Source: Bacteroidales bacterium (GTDB taxonomy: Bacteria; Bacteroidota; Bacteroidia; Bacteroidales; UBA7960). Taken from it: 55,846 nt of DNA. The position numbers and the translations under genes are program-made. Location of the stretch: the NCBI GenBank assembly GCA_003559475.1, contig PWLF01000170.1, positions 1 through 55,846 of the forward strand. Reading direction: 5' to 3'. A model generated the notes under the pieces. That model saw nothing but the letters and a program-made list of their open reading frames with translations. It did no database searches and was not told the DNA's origin. Of the stretch, positions 29,282 to 39,137 are shown piece after piece. The number at the start of each line of letters is the position of its first letter. The stretch's first letter is position 1.

Positions 29282-30547
29282 ATGAAGTTACGACTTATTT
29301 ATCCGAAATGGGAAAAATTGCAGGAGCAAACTACTTTTAATCTTCCTCCTCATGGTCCGGTTGTTATGGCAGCTGCACTGCCTAAAGACATCGAGGTTGA
29401 GTTTTTTGATGAAAATGTACAGGAGGTTAAATTTGATGAAAATGTTGATCTTGTTGCAATTTCTGTTATGCTTACAGCACAAATTAAAAGGGGATGGCAA
29501 ATTGCTGATAAATACAGGCAAATGGGGGTGAAAGTCATTTTTGGCGGTATTGCCACAATGCTTCATGCTGAAGAAACACTCAATCATGCTGACTCAGTTT
29601 TCCTGGGAGAAGCTGAAGGACGAATGCATGATGTTATTGATGATTTTAAACAAGGTAAGCTGAAAAAAGTATATAATTATTTGCTTAAACATCCGGATAT
29701 AAGTTGTATTGGAACGGCAAGAAGGGAAATTCTTAATCGAGAATATTATTTTCATAAAGGAGTTCAAATGGTTGACCTCGTACATGCTTCAAGAGGCTGT
29801 AGATTTGTTTGTTATCCTTGCTGTGCTAATTTTCTTGGAGGAAAATTATTTAGACCCAGACCTATTGATAAAGTTGTTGAAGAAATGGAAAGTATTGATA
29901 ATAACAGACTTTTTATAGTTGATAATTCTTTAGCGCAAGATACTCAATGGGAAAAAGACTTGTTTAAAGCAATGATACCGCTGAAAAAAAAATGGTGTAG
30001 TCATACTATAGAAGATAAACCTGAAGTGCTCGATCTAGCCGCACAGGCTGGGGCCTGGTATGTTTATCAAGCAATATTCGACACCTCTGATTATATAAAA
30101 GAAAGAGTGAAAAGATACCATGACCACGGAATAATGGTTGAAGGTACAATTTTTCTTGGAATGGATAATCAAACAGAAGATGACATACTTAGACTAATTG
30201 ATTTTCTGTTGGAAATTGAACTTGACCTTGCTGAATTTACCGTGCTAACTCCTTTTAGACATACTAAATCTTATGATGACCTTTTAAGGCAAGGACGTAT
30301 TATTGACAAAAATTGGGATAATTATAATGCAGGAAAAGTCGTTTTTAATCCTAAACACATTAAACCGGAAAGACTTCAAGAACTATATCATTATGCATGG
30401 GATACTTTCTATGAGAAAGAAACGCAAGAACAAAAAATGTTTAAACTAATGCTTAATGTTATTGAAAAAGAAATTAAAGACGGAACATATAAATCAAGAA
30501 GGGATGATTTAGCAGAAAGTAGTTTTGGAAATAAAATAAAGAGATAA
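29282..30547 (+). CDS. B12-binding-domain radical SAM enzyme (class B)
   Basis: N-terminal Rossmann-like cobalamin domain (DLVAISVMLT......A...R..G.KVIFGG) followed by ASRGCRFVCYPC (CxxxCxxC). Confidence 0.85.
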   Translation: MKLRLIYPKWEKLQEQTTFNLPPHGPVVMAAALPKDIEVEFFDENVQEVKFDENVDLVAISVMLTAQIKRGWQIADKYRQMGVKVIFGGIATMLHAEETLNHADSVFLGEAEGRMHDVIDDFKQGKLKKVYNYLLKHPDISCIGTARREILNREYYFHKGVQMVDLVHASRGCRFVCYPCCANFLGGKLFRPRPIDKVVEEMESIDNNRLFIVDNSLAQDTQWEKDLFKAMIPLKKKWCSHTIEDKPEVLDLAAQAGAWYVYQAIFDTSDYIKERVKRYHDHGIMVEGTIFLGMDNQTEDDILRLIDFLLEIELDLAEFTVLTPFRHTKSYDDLLRQGRIIDKNWDNYNAGKVVFNPKHIKPERLQELYHYAWDTFYEKETQEQKMFKLMLNVIEKEIKDGTYKSRRDDLAESSFGNKIKR

Positions 30548-30550
30548 GCT

Positions 30551-30940
30551 ATGAGTAAAAAAGTTAATGATTATGAGCAAAACTATATTGAAGAGATATT
30601 CGATTTTAAAGGATTGTGGGATATGCCATCCAAATGTGGCCTAAAGGTGATCGAAAAAACCGATAAAACAGTCGTTATTGTTACAGACTTATATCATGAA
30701 AATCCAGGGACTTCAATTACTGAATTTTGTACTCAGTTAGCTACAATCATAGCAAAAGAAAAAAATATCAATATTAATAAAATGATATTTATTCAACATA
30801 ATCCGGATCTTGGTTCTAAATATGATTTTTTAGTCGAGTCTTTTGACCTTGTTAAATTTGAAATAGTAAATAATGAATTTCAAAATCCAAAATGGGAAAA
30901 TATCAGTAAAGAAGATGTTGAAAAAATAATTAATGAATAA
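30551..30940 (+). CDS. Hypothetical protein, 129 aa, no family recognised
   Basis: The ORF starts 4 nt after the radical SAM stop, on the same strand. No motif recognised. Confidence 0.45.
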   Translation: MSKKVNDYEQNYIEEIFDFKGLWDMPSKCGLKVIEKTDKTVVIVTDLYHENPGTSITEFCTQLATIIAKEKNININKMIFIQHNPDLGSKYDFLVESFDLVKFEIVNNEFQNPKWENISKEDVEKIINE

Positions 30941-31034
30941 TTGATTTTGTTTTATCACTTTATTATTATTTAGATTAAAAATATTTTAAGTTTTTTTGAT
31001 TTATTTTATTTGTTAGTTAACTTTGCTTTAAAGA

Positions 31035-33392
31035 ATGTTAAAAAAAAGCTTATTTATATTATTCGTTTTGTTTTATTCATTTTGCTTTTATGGTCAGGAA
31101 TCTGTTAAGCAAAATGTTAGAGGGGTTGTAAAGGATAATATAACCGGTCAGCCTTTAAAGAATATTAATATAAAGATTTTTAATGATAATTTTGAAACCG
31201 GTACAACAACAGACAGTCTTGGACTTTTTCTAATTAAAAATATTCCTGTTGGTTATTATAGTATATACTTTTCCTCTGTTGGTTATGAAAGTAAATTTAT
31301 TCAAAGAACAAGGTTGGTAAGTTCACGTGAATTGTATTTAGAAGTAAATATGGATGTTTCTGTTGAAACTCTTGATGAAACGGTTATTTTTTCGTCAGTT
31401 AGGAAAGATCAGCCAAACAATCCCCGTGCTTTGGTTAGTTCAAGGTCGTTTACCCTTGATGAAGCAAATAAATATGCCGGCAGTTATGGAGACCCCTCAA
31501 GAATGGCAATCAATTATGCAGGAGTTTTGCCTGCAAGGGATAATAGAAATGACATAATTATCAGAGGAAATACATCCAATGGTTTGTTATGGAAGCTTGA
31601 TGGTATGGAAATTCCAAACCCTAATCATTTTGGAGCTACCGGATCTACAGGTGGCCCAATAACTATAATAAATAATAATTTGCTCATGACTTCTGATTTT
31701 CATACGGGAGCTTTTCCTGCTCAGTTTAGTAATGCTACCTCAGGAGTGTTTGATCTAAATATGAAATCCGGCAACCCTGATAATTATAATAATTGGGTAC
31801 AACTCGGATGGAACGGATTAGAATTAGGAAGTGAAGGTCCTGTGCCCGGAGATAATAAAATAACTTATGCTACAGCCTATAGATATTCTTTTGTTGATAT
31901 ATTAGCTAAAATGGGGCTAACTCTGCCTGAAAAAGTTAGCTATCAAGATTTCTCTTTGAAAACAAATATACCGGGTACATCTTTAGGAAACTTTGCAATT
32001 ACTGCTATTGGTGGGAAAAGTAGTATAGAATTGCTTGACTCTGATAAACCAACAGACCAATGGTTGTTTGAAAATAATGGAGAAGATGTAAGTAATTCAT
32101 ATAAAATGGGAGCAATTGGGCTTTCTCATAATAAACAAATCGGAGATAATAGTGTATTAAACTCTAACTTGTATGCTACAGGAAATAGAGTAGAGAATGT
32201 TATTGATACTTTTTCCATTGAAAATCCACAACCATTTTTATGGGCACATGAAAAATCCGAAGAGATAAGAACTTCATTAAGTACGGTTTTTAGGCATAGA
32301 TATTCCTCTAATTCCGACTTTTCTTTTGGTGTTTATATTGATAATTTTAACACAAATTTTGTTGATAGTCAGTTTGTAAAAGGAAATTACAGAAATGTTA
32401 TTAACTCTATAGATAGGCAAATGCTTTTATTAAGGAGCTATTCGGATGTTTATTATAGATTAAGTAATGATTTTAGAACTTATTTTGGTGTAAATTTTCT
32501 GCACTTTGATTTTACCGGAGAAAATATTATTGAACCTCGCTTGGGATTAAAGTGGGATATATCCGATAAAAATTCTTTAAGTTATGGTTCAGGGCTACAT
32601 AGTCAAATGCAACCCAGAATGATGTATTTTGTTATGACTGAAGTTGATGGGGACCAACATTACACAAATAAAAACTTAAAGTTTACCAAAAGCTTTCATA
32701 ATGTTATAGGTTATGATCATCTTATAAGTGATGATTTGAGATTAAAACTGGAAGCGTATTATCAATATATTTATGATGCGCCTGTTTCTTATTCTGAACC
32801 GGCATATTCTTTATTGAATTATGGGGCTGAATTTTATGTTGAGCGAATGGATAGTCTTGTAAATGAAGGTGAAGGTCGTAATTATGGTATAGAAGCAACA
32901 TTGGAAAAATTTTGGAGTGATAAATACTTTTTTTTAATAACAGGGTCACTCTTTGATTCAAAATATACGGGCAAAGATGGAGTAGAAAGGAATACAGCAT
33001 TTAATGGAAGATTTGCTGTGAATATGCTGGGAGGCTACGAATTCGTTATGCCGGGAGGGAAAAGATCAATGAATATTGGCTTAAATCTGACTTATGCCGG
33101 AGGAAGACCCTATGTGCCTTATGATATTGAATCCTCATTGGATAATAGAGAGGTTAAGTTGCTTTGGGAAAATGCCTATAGTGTTCAACGTAATAATTAT
33201 AAAAGAGCAAGTATTAGAATTGGATTTAAACATAATTTTGAAAGATTTAATGTTGAAAGCGCTATTGATTTGCAATATAGAACTGATTATACAAGTATAT
33301 ATTTTGACAGATTAGATTTACAAACAGGTGAAATAATAAAAACATACTCAATGGGTTTTTATCCAATGGCAAATGTGAGAATCGAGTTTTAA
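31035..33392 (+). CDS. TonB-dependent-receptor-like outer membrane protein with N-terminal carboxypeptidase-regulatory-like domain
   Basis: Signal peptide. V.G.V.D..TGQPL..I.I (CarbopepD_reg pattern). Plug-like LDE......GDPSR......GV......N...IRG. Long beta-rich C-terminus ending in F. Confidence 0.7.
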   Translation: MLKKSLFILFVLFYSFCFYGQESVKQNVRGVVKDNITGQPLKNINIKIFNDNFETGTTTDSLGLFLIKNIPVGYYSIYFSSVGYESKFIQRTRLVSSRELYLEVNMDVSVETLDETVIFSSVRKDQPNNPRALVSSRSFTLDEANKYAGSYGDPSRMAINYAGVLPARDNRNDIIIRGNTSNGLLWKLDGMEIPNPNHFGATGSTGGPITIINNNLLMTSDFHTGAFPAQFSNATSGVFDLNMKSGNPDNYNNWVQLGWNGLELGSEGPVPGDNKITYATAYRYSFVDILAKMGLTLPEKVSYQDFSLKTNIPGTSLGNFAITAIGGKSSIELLDSDKPTDQWLFENNGEDVSNSYKMGAIGLSHNKQIGDNSVLNSNLYATGNRVENVIDTFSIENPQPFLWAHEKSEEIRTSLSTVFRHRYSSNSDFSFGVYIDNFNTNFVDSQFVKGNYRNVINSIDRQMLLLRSYSDVYYRLSNDFRTYFGVNFLHFDFTGENIIEPRLGLKWDISDKNSLSYGSGLHSQMQPRMMYFVMTEVDGDQHYTNKNLKFTKSFHNVIGYDHLISDDLRLKLEAYYQYIYDAPVSYSEPAYSLLNYGAEFYVERMDSLVNEGEGRNYGIEATLEKFWSDKYFFLITGSLFDSKYTGKDGVERNTAFNGRFAVNMLGGYEFVMPGGKRSMNIGLNLTYAGGRPYVPYDIESSLDNREVKLLWENAYSVQRNNYKRASIRIGFKHNFERFNVESAIDLQYRTDYTSIYFDRLDLQTGEIIKTYSMGFYPMANVRIEF

Positions 33393-33492
33393 TTTTTATA
33401 AAAATTATATTTATATCTATTTTATTATTAATTTTGTTTTGTTTTTATCATAAAAGGAATTAAAAAGCATTGTTTAACTAAAAAAAATTAAA

Positions 33493-34065
33493 ATGAAAAA
33501 ATTATTTTTATTACTCGGTATTGTGCTAATTTTTGCCATAAAAAGTTGTGGCCCGTCTATTCATTTGGTTGAAGGAGACCCTTCAACTATTAAAGGTGAA
33601 GAATTTGTTGAGGTTCAATTTACTTATGATAATATGAGAGTTGGTAATGAGCCTGAAGAGGATTATGTTGCAAGAAGAATTGAGAGTGATGGAGAGGAAT
33701 GGCATGAAGCATGGGTTAATAATCGTGAAAGCCGTTTTGAGCCCAGATTTATTGAAACTTTAAACAGGTATACTGAACCGCAAGGGTTAATTTTTGAAAA
33801 AAATCGTACCGATACAAGGTATATTATGAAAGTTAATACTTATTATACTGAACCCGGGTTTTATGTTGCTGTAAGAAATGCACCGGCTAAAGTTGGATTA
33901 ACGATTAGTTTTGTTGACAGGGATCAACCTGACAATACTCTTGTTAAATTTGATATACCCGAGGTTGAGGGAATAGTTACACCGGATGTCGGAACCAGAA
34001 TTCATTCGGCATATAGCATGGGCGGAAGACTTTTAGGAAGTGAGCTCGCAGGACATATAAGATAA
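33493..34065 (+). CDS. Putative lipoprotein, 190 aa, no family recognised
   Basis: Signal peptide with lipobox-like LIFAIKSCG. Confidence 0.5.
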   Translation: MKKLFLLLGIVLIFAIKSCGPSIHLVEGDPSTIKGEEFVEVQFTYDNMRVGNEPEEDYVARRIESDGEEWHEAWVNNRESRFEPRFIETLNRYTEPQGLIFEKNRTDTRYIMKVNTYYTEPGFYVAVRNAPAKVGLTISFVDRDQPDNTLVKFDIPEVEGIVTPDVGTRIHSAYSMGGRLLGSELAGHIR

Positions 34066-34211
34066 ACGATTTTTTATTCTTGTTTTTAAAGTAAAAAACT
34101 CATAATAACTCTGAGTTTGTTTTAATTTGTGGAGGTTAAATATTAATATGTTTTTAATATTAGTGTAAAGGTTTGTTTCTAAGCAAGCTGTTTTTAGATA
34201 TTGTTAAGAGA

Positions 34212-35726
34212 ATGAAGAAATTATTATTAATAAAACCTGCAGGTGTTTTAAAACATTATTCTACACAAATTGAAGTAGCTAAATTGCTAGGGAAACGAAC
34301 TGGAAGTGTGCCACTTGCTTTGCCTGTGATTGCTTCGATAACTCCTAAAAACTATAAAATAAAAATTATTGATGAAGATGTAAGTTCTTTGCCAAAATGG
34401 TTTAAACCTGACTTGGTTGGGATTACTATGATAACTTCAAATTCTGAAAGAGGATATGAGATTGCAAAAAAATACCGTAAGTTAGGAGCTAAAGTAGTTT
34501 TAGGTGGAGCATATCCCAGCTTTAATATTGAAGAAGGATTAAAATATGCTGATAGTATCATAGTCGGAGAAGCTGAAAACTCCTGGAAAAAATTAATTAA
34601 AGACTTCGAAAAAAAATCTTTAAAGTCAGTATATCGTGCTGAAGAACATATTGAGTTTTCTGAAGCCATTATGCCAAGATGGGATTTGATAGATACAAAA
34701 AAAATGTTTTCAATTCCTGTTCAAGCATCAAGAGGATGCCCTTTTATGTGTGAGTTTTGTCTGACAACTCAAATATATGGAAGAAAGGTTAGGCGAAGAA
34801 AAATAGAGGATGTTATTAATGAAATTAAAAAACTTCCTAAAAAGAATATTCTTTTTGTTGATGAAAATTTAACTATTGATAAAAAATATGCTAAAGAGCT
34901 TTTTCGACAACTAATACCTTTAAAAGTAAGTTGGATTTGCCAAAGTAGTGTTGACGTTGCAGATGATAAAGAGATGCTAAACTTAATGGCGGAAGCAGGG
35001 TGTAGGCATTTAGTAATTGGCTTCGAATCCCTTAAACCTGATAGCTTAAAGGAAACACATAAATTCCAAAATAATCCTGAGAATTATGTTAGAGTAATTG
35101 AAAATATTAATAAAGCAGGGATTCATGTATATGCTTCCTTTATTATTGGTTTTGATGAAGATAAACCTGAAGATTTTGATGTTTTTAGAAAGTTTATTGA
35201 AAATTCTCAGTTGCCGGTATTTAATTTAAGTATTCTAGGTGCTTCAAAAGGAATGGAACTACACAAAAGGCTGGAAAAGGAAAACAGAGTTTTGTGCAAC
35301 CTTAGCAAGAAGTTCTTTGTGGGAGGATATCCTGTTTTAAAATACAAGAATTTTAACAACAAAGATTTTTTTGATAAATACAATGAGATAATTGAGCATT
35401 TGTATTCTTTTTCGCAGATAAGAAAAAGAACAATAAGATTGTTAAAAAAAGGATATTTCTGTAAAGATAGAAACAGTAAAGTTGTTTCTTTATATGAAAA
35501 AATAAGAACGACAATTATTTTGTTTTTTTCTTATAATATTTCAAAAAATAAGGATAAGCGTTTGTTTTTTAAAGAAGTTATTGCTTTGATCAAATCTAAA
35601 AAAGTGTCTGTTGGAGAAGCAGCATCAATATTATTGATTTTTGAAGCTATTACACGGCACATTAAAAAAGATAAAAAGCAAAGAAAGCTATATTATGAAG
35701 AACTTAAAAGGATTGAACTAGATTAG
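34212..35726 (+). CDS. Second B12-binding-domain radical SAM enzyme (class B)
   Basis: DLVGITMITS.....EIAKKYRKLGAKVVLGG followed by ASRGCPFMCEFC. The track start at 34173 is a TTG. MKKLLLIKP at 34212 matches the start of the paralogue at 29282. Confidence 0.85.
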   Translation: MKKLLLIKPAGVLKHYSTQIEVAKLLGKRTGSVPLALPVIASITPKNYKIKIIDEDVSSLPKWFKPDLVGITMITSNSERGYEIAKKYRKLGAKVVLGGAYPSFNIEEGLKYADSIIVGEAENSWKKLIKDFEKKSLKSVYRAEEHIEFSEAIMPRWDLIDTKKMFSIPVQASRGCPFMCEFCLTTQIYGRKVRRRKIEDVINEIKKLPKKNILFVDENLTIDKKYAKELFRQLIPLKVSWICQSSVDVADDKEMLNLMAEAGCRHLVIGFESLKPDSLKETHKFQNNPENYVRVIENINKAGIHVYASFIIGFDEDKPEDFDVFRKFIENSQLPVFNLSILGASKGMELHKRLEKENRVLCNLSKKFFVGGYPVLKYKNFNNKDFFDKYNEIIEHLYSFSQIRKRTIRLLKKGYFCKDRNSKVVSLYEKIRTTIILFFSYNISKNKDKRLFFKEVIALIKSKKVSVGEAASILLIFEAITRHIKKDKKQRKLYYEELKRIELD

Positions 35727-35732
35727 TGTTTT

Positions 35733-36530
35733 TTATTGCATTTTATTAATATGGCCATAACCTTTCATGATTCCTCTTGTAGATTTTGCAATGAAAGCAA
35801 GGACTTCGTCTCTTTCTGGAGTTGCATCCATGTTTGCTTCAATATATGCTAATGCTTGAGTGACGTTTTTATTTTTTAGATAAATAACTCTGTATATATC
35901 TTGTATTTCGTTAATTTTTTCATTAGAGAATCCTCTTCTTCTCAGCCCAATAGAGTTAACACCTACGAAAGATAGTGGTTCTCGAGCTGCTTTTGTATAA
36001 GGTGGGACATCTTTTCTAACAAGGCTACCACCTGATATCATAACATGGGTGCCAATATTTACAAATTGGTGAACAGCTGATAACCCTCCAACGATAGCAA
36101 AATCATCAATGATTATATGTCCTGCAAGTGTAGCAGCATTTGCCAGAATACAATTGTCTCCGATTATACAGTCATGGGCGATATGCGAGTAGGCCATCAG
36201 CATGCAATTTTTGCCAATAATTGTTTTATATGAGGCTTTAGTTCCTCTGTTGACAGTTGCAAATTCCCTAACAACAGTATTGTCGCCAATTTCAACAGTA
36301 GTTTCTTCCCCTGAAAATTTCAAATCTTGAGGTATTGCACTAACTACAGCTCCAGGGAAAATTTTGCAGTTTTTCCCAATGATTGCACCATCCATTATAG
36401 TTACATTAGAGCCTATCCAAGTACCTTCTCCAATTTCTACATTTTCATGGATAGTCGCAAAAGGCTCAATCTCTACAGATTTTGCAATTTTTGCATCTGG
36501 ATGAATATAGGCTAAAGGTTGAGGAGTCAT
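35733..36530 (-). CDS. lpxA: Acyl-ACP--UDP-N-acetylglucosamine O-acyltransferase
   Basis: Left-handed beta-helix hexapeptide repeats, IHP.A.I......I.PF..I, and a C-terminal helical domain. Confidence 0.9.
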   Translation of the reverse strand: MTPQPLAYIHPDAKIAKSVEIEPFATIHENVEIGEGTWIGSNVTIMDGAIIGKNCKIFPGAVVSAIPQDLKFSGEETTVEIGDNTVVREFATVNRGTKASYKTIIGKNCMLMAYSHIAHDCIIGDNCILANAATLAGHIIIDDFAIVGGLSAVHQFVNIGTHVMISGGSLVRKDVPPYTKAAREPLSFVGVNSIGLRRRGFSNEKINEIQDIYRVIYLKNKNVTQALAYIEANMDATPERDEVLAFIAKSTRGIMKGYGHINKMQ

Positions 36531-36538
36531 AAATAGTA

Positions 36539-37933
36539 TTATTGTTTTTTTGCTATTTGAGCCATAAGTTCTGCCTCGGCAACTATTTCATTCCCAACAT
36601 ATGCAGTTCCTTTCATGTGGCAAATACCTCTTCTGACAGGGGATAAAAGTTCTAACTTGAATATTAAAGTATCTCCGGGAACTACTTTTTTCTTAAATCT
36701 AACCTTATCAATTTTAAGAAAATATGTGTTGTAATTGCCGGGGTCATCAACTTTAGATAGATTGAAAATTCCTCCGGTTTGCGCCATTGCTTCTATTTGA
36801 AGAACACCTGGCATTATCGGTTCTTCAGGAAAATGTCCCTGAAAAAAATTTTCATTCATCGTTACATTCTTGATTCCAATTACATGATTATCTGTAACTT
36901 CTATAATTTTATCAACTAATAAAAATGGGTAGCGATGTGGAAGCATTCTTTTAATGTCATTTACATCATAAACTGGTTTGGTGTTTGGATCATACTTAGG
37001 TGTATTCATGTTTTTTTTATTTTTGATATAAGATTTTATTTTTTTTGCAAATTCAATATTTGAAGCATGCCCTGGTTTATTAGCAATAATTTGTGCTTTT
37101 AAAGGTTTTCCAACTAATGCTAAATCGCCTATCACATCAAGGAGTTTATGCCGTGCAGGTTCATTATCATGATAAAGGTCTATATTGTTTAAAATCCCCT
37201 CTTCTTTAACTTCAATAGTTGGCATATTAAATAAAGAAGCCATTTTGTCAAGTTTCTCCTGAGGAGGTTTCTGGTCAACAAAAACAATAGCATTGCTTAA
37301 ATTACCTCCCTTTATAAGATTATTGTTTGCTAAATATTCGAGTTCATGAAGAAAAACAAAAGTTCGCGAAGGGGCTATTTCTTTTTCAAAATTCGAAATT
37401 TCGTCAAGCGAAGCATGTTGTTTGTTAAGAACTTTAGTGTTAAAATCTATCAAGCAAGAAAATCTTAGTCTGTCGCTTGGCAAAGCTAAATATTCGGATT
37501 TTTTATTTTCATCAAAAAACCTGATTGGTTCGGTTATTTCAAATGTTTCACGTATAGCATTTTGTTTTTTAATGCTTGCTTTTTTTAATGCTTGAGTAAA
37601 AAGCTTTGAACTTCCATCAAGTATTGGAATTTCTAGTGAATCAACCTCTATTATAAGATTATCTATTTCAAATCCGGAAACAGCAGCTAAAACATGCTCA
37701 ACAGTAGAAATCCTACTTCCTTTTTCTTCTAAAGTAGTTCCTCTGGAAGTTTCAATAACATTGTCTGTGTTAGCCTGAATGAAGGCATTCTCCCCAATAT
37801 CAGTTCTTAGGAAACGAATACCACTATTCTCCTCAGAAGGTCTAAAAGTTAAATTAACAGTTTTGCCTGTATGTAGTCCAACTCCTGATATCGAAACACT
37901 TTCTTTTACAGTTTTTTGACGTTCTGTCATCAT
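36539..37933 (-). CDS. lpxC/fabZ: Bifunctional UDP-3-O-acyl-GlcNAc deacetylase / 3-hydroxyacyl-ACP dehydratase
   Basis: The N-terminal half reads RQKT....V...G.GLHTG......F.P (LpxC). The C-terminal half reads LPHRYPFLLVD.I.........G.KNVT.NE.FF.GHFP..P.MPGVL.IEAMAQ (FabZ). Confidence 0.92.
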   Translation of the reverse strand: MMTERQKTVKESVSISGVGLHTGKTVNLTFRPSEENSGIRFLRTDIGENAFIQANTDNVIETSRGTTLEEKGSRISTVEHVLAAVSGFEIDNLIIEVDSLEIPILDGSSKLFTQALKKASIKKQNAIRETFEITEPIRFFDENKKSEYLALPSDRLRFSCLIDFNTKVLNKQHASLDEISNFEKEIAPSRTFVFLHELEYLANNNLIKGGNLSNAIVFVDQKPPQEKLDKMASLFNMPTIEVKEEGILNNIDLYHDNEPARHKLLDVIGDLALVGKPLKAQIIANKPGHASNIEFAKKIKSYIKNKKNMNTPKYDPNTKPVYDVNDIKRMLPHRYPFLLVDKIIEVTDNHVIGIKNVTMNENFFQGHFPEEPIMPGVLQIEAMAQTGGIFNLSKVDDPGNYNTYFLKIDKVRFKKKVVPGDTLIFKLELLSPVRRGICHMKGTAYVGNEIVAEAELMAQIAKKQ

Positions 37934-38024
37934 TCAACTCATTTTATTAAATTAGGAAGTAAAAATAACAAGCAAAAATAAACATTTGTTTAATCAAAAA
38001 AAAATTTTACAGGGTTTTTTATTT

Positions 38025-39068
38025 TTATTTCTTTTTCTTTTTCTTGAGCGTATTTATTTCAGATTCAAGTTCTTCAATTTTGTTAATAATTCTCTGGAAA
38101 TTCTTAAAATGAACATAAGATTTTTTATAATTTGAGGCATCAATAGCCGGAGAACCCATTATAGTCTTGTCTTTTTTAATGTTAGACCCTATTCCGGCTT
38201 GTGCAGCAATTTTTACATTATCTTCAATATTTAAATGCCCGCTTATGCCAACTTGCCCCCCTATCATACAATTTTTTCCTACTTTAGAAGAACCTGAAAT
38301 TCCTGATTGAGCAGCGATAACAGTATTTTTATCAATAACTACATTATGTGCTATCATTATCAAATTATCGAGTTTTGTTCCTTTTTTTATAATAGTAGAA
38401 CCAAATGTTGCCCTGTCAATGGTTGTATTAGCGCCAATTTCAACATTATCTTCTATAACAACATTTCCTATTTGAGCAATTTTTTTAAAGTTTTTATCTG
38501 CTTCTCTTGCAAATCCGAAGCCATCAGACCCAATTACTGCCCCTGCATGGATAATGCAATCTTTGCCAATAACAGATCTGTCAAAAATTTTTGTGCCTGG
38601 ATATATTTTAGTATTATCTCCAATTTTTACATTGTAATCAATATACGATTGCGGGTGAATTTTTACATTGTCTCCAATAATAGTATTTTCTCCAACATAA
38701 GCAAATTCTCCAATGTAAGTGTTTTTTCCAATTTTTGCTGATTTTGAAATATAAGCAAGTTTAGAAACTCCTTTCTTCTCAGGCAAGTATTTATTGTATA
38801 ACTCCAAAATTTTTGCCAAAGAATTGTATGCATCATCTACTCTTATTAGAGTGCAGTTTACAGGTTTTTCAATCTTAAAATCTTTGTTTATTAGGACAAT
38901 AGATGCTTTAGTAGTATATAAAAATTGAGCATAAGCCGGATTAGCTAAGAAGGTCAAAGAGCCCGGAGTGGCATCATTAATGCTTGAGACGTTACTCACT
39001 TTAGTGTTTTTATTACCTTCTACTGAGCCATTTAAGTATTCGGCTATCTTTTTTGCACTGAATTCCAT
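38025..39068 (-). CDS. lpxD: UDP-3-O-(3-hydroxyacyl)glucosamine N-acyltransferase
   Basis: LpxD N-terminal domain (IA..L.G.V.G), a long hexapeptide-repeat helix and a C-terminal coiled tail. Confidence 0.9.
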   Translation of the reverse strand: MEFSAKKIAEYLNGSVEGNKNTKVSNVSSINDATPGSLTFLANPAYAQFLYTTKASIVLINKDFKIEKPVNCTLIRVDDAYNSLAKILELYNKYLPEKKGVSKLAYISKSAKIGKNTYIGEFAYVGENTIIGDNVKIHPQSYIDYNVKIGDNTKIYPGTKIFDRSVIGKDCIIHAGAVIGSDGFGFAREADKNFKKIAQIGNVVIEDNVEIGANTTIDRATFGSTIIKKGTKLDNLIMIAHNVVIDKNTVIAAQSGISGSSKVGKNCMIGGQVGISGHLNIEDNVKIAAQAGIGSNIKKDKTIMGSPAIDASNYKKSYVHFKNFQRIINKIEELESEINTLKKKKKK

Positions 39069-39137
39069 CTGCTTTTTTCTTATTTAGTTTGAAAACTTTT
39101 GCAAATTACCAATAATTTCTTATTGAGCAAAATTATT

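Noticed and set aside
30941-31034. Cobalamin riboswitch upstream of the TonB-dependent receptor
   Set aside because: The gap is only 94 nt, almost pure A/T, and lacks any B12-box-like GC-containing core.
34096-34118. Possible terminator hairpin after the lipoprotein gene (AAACTCA ... TGAGTTT)
   Set aside because: It has only a 7-bp A/T-rich stem with alternative pairings, which is too weak to call.
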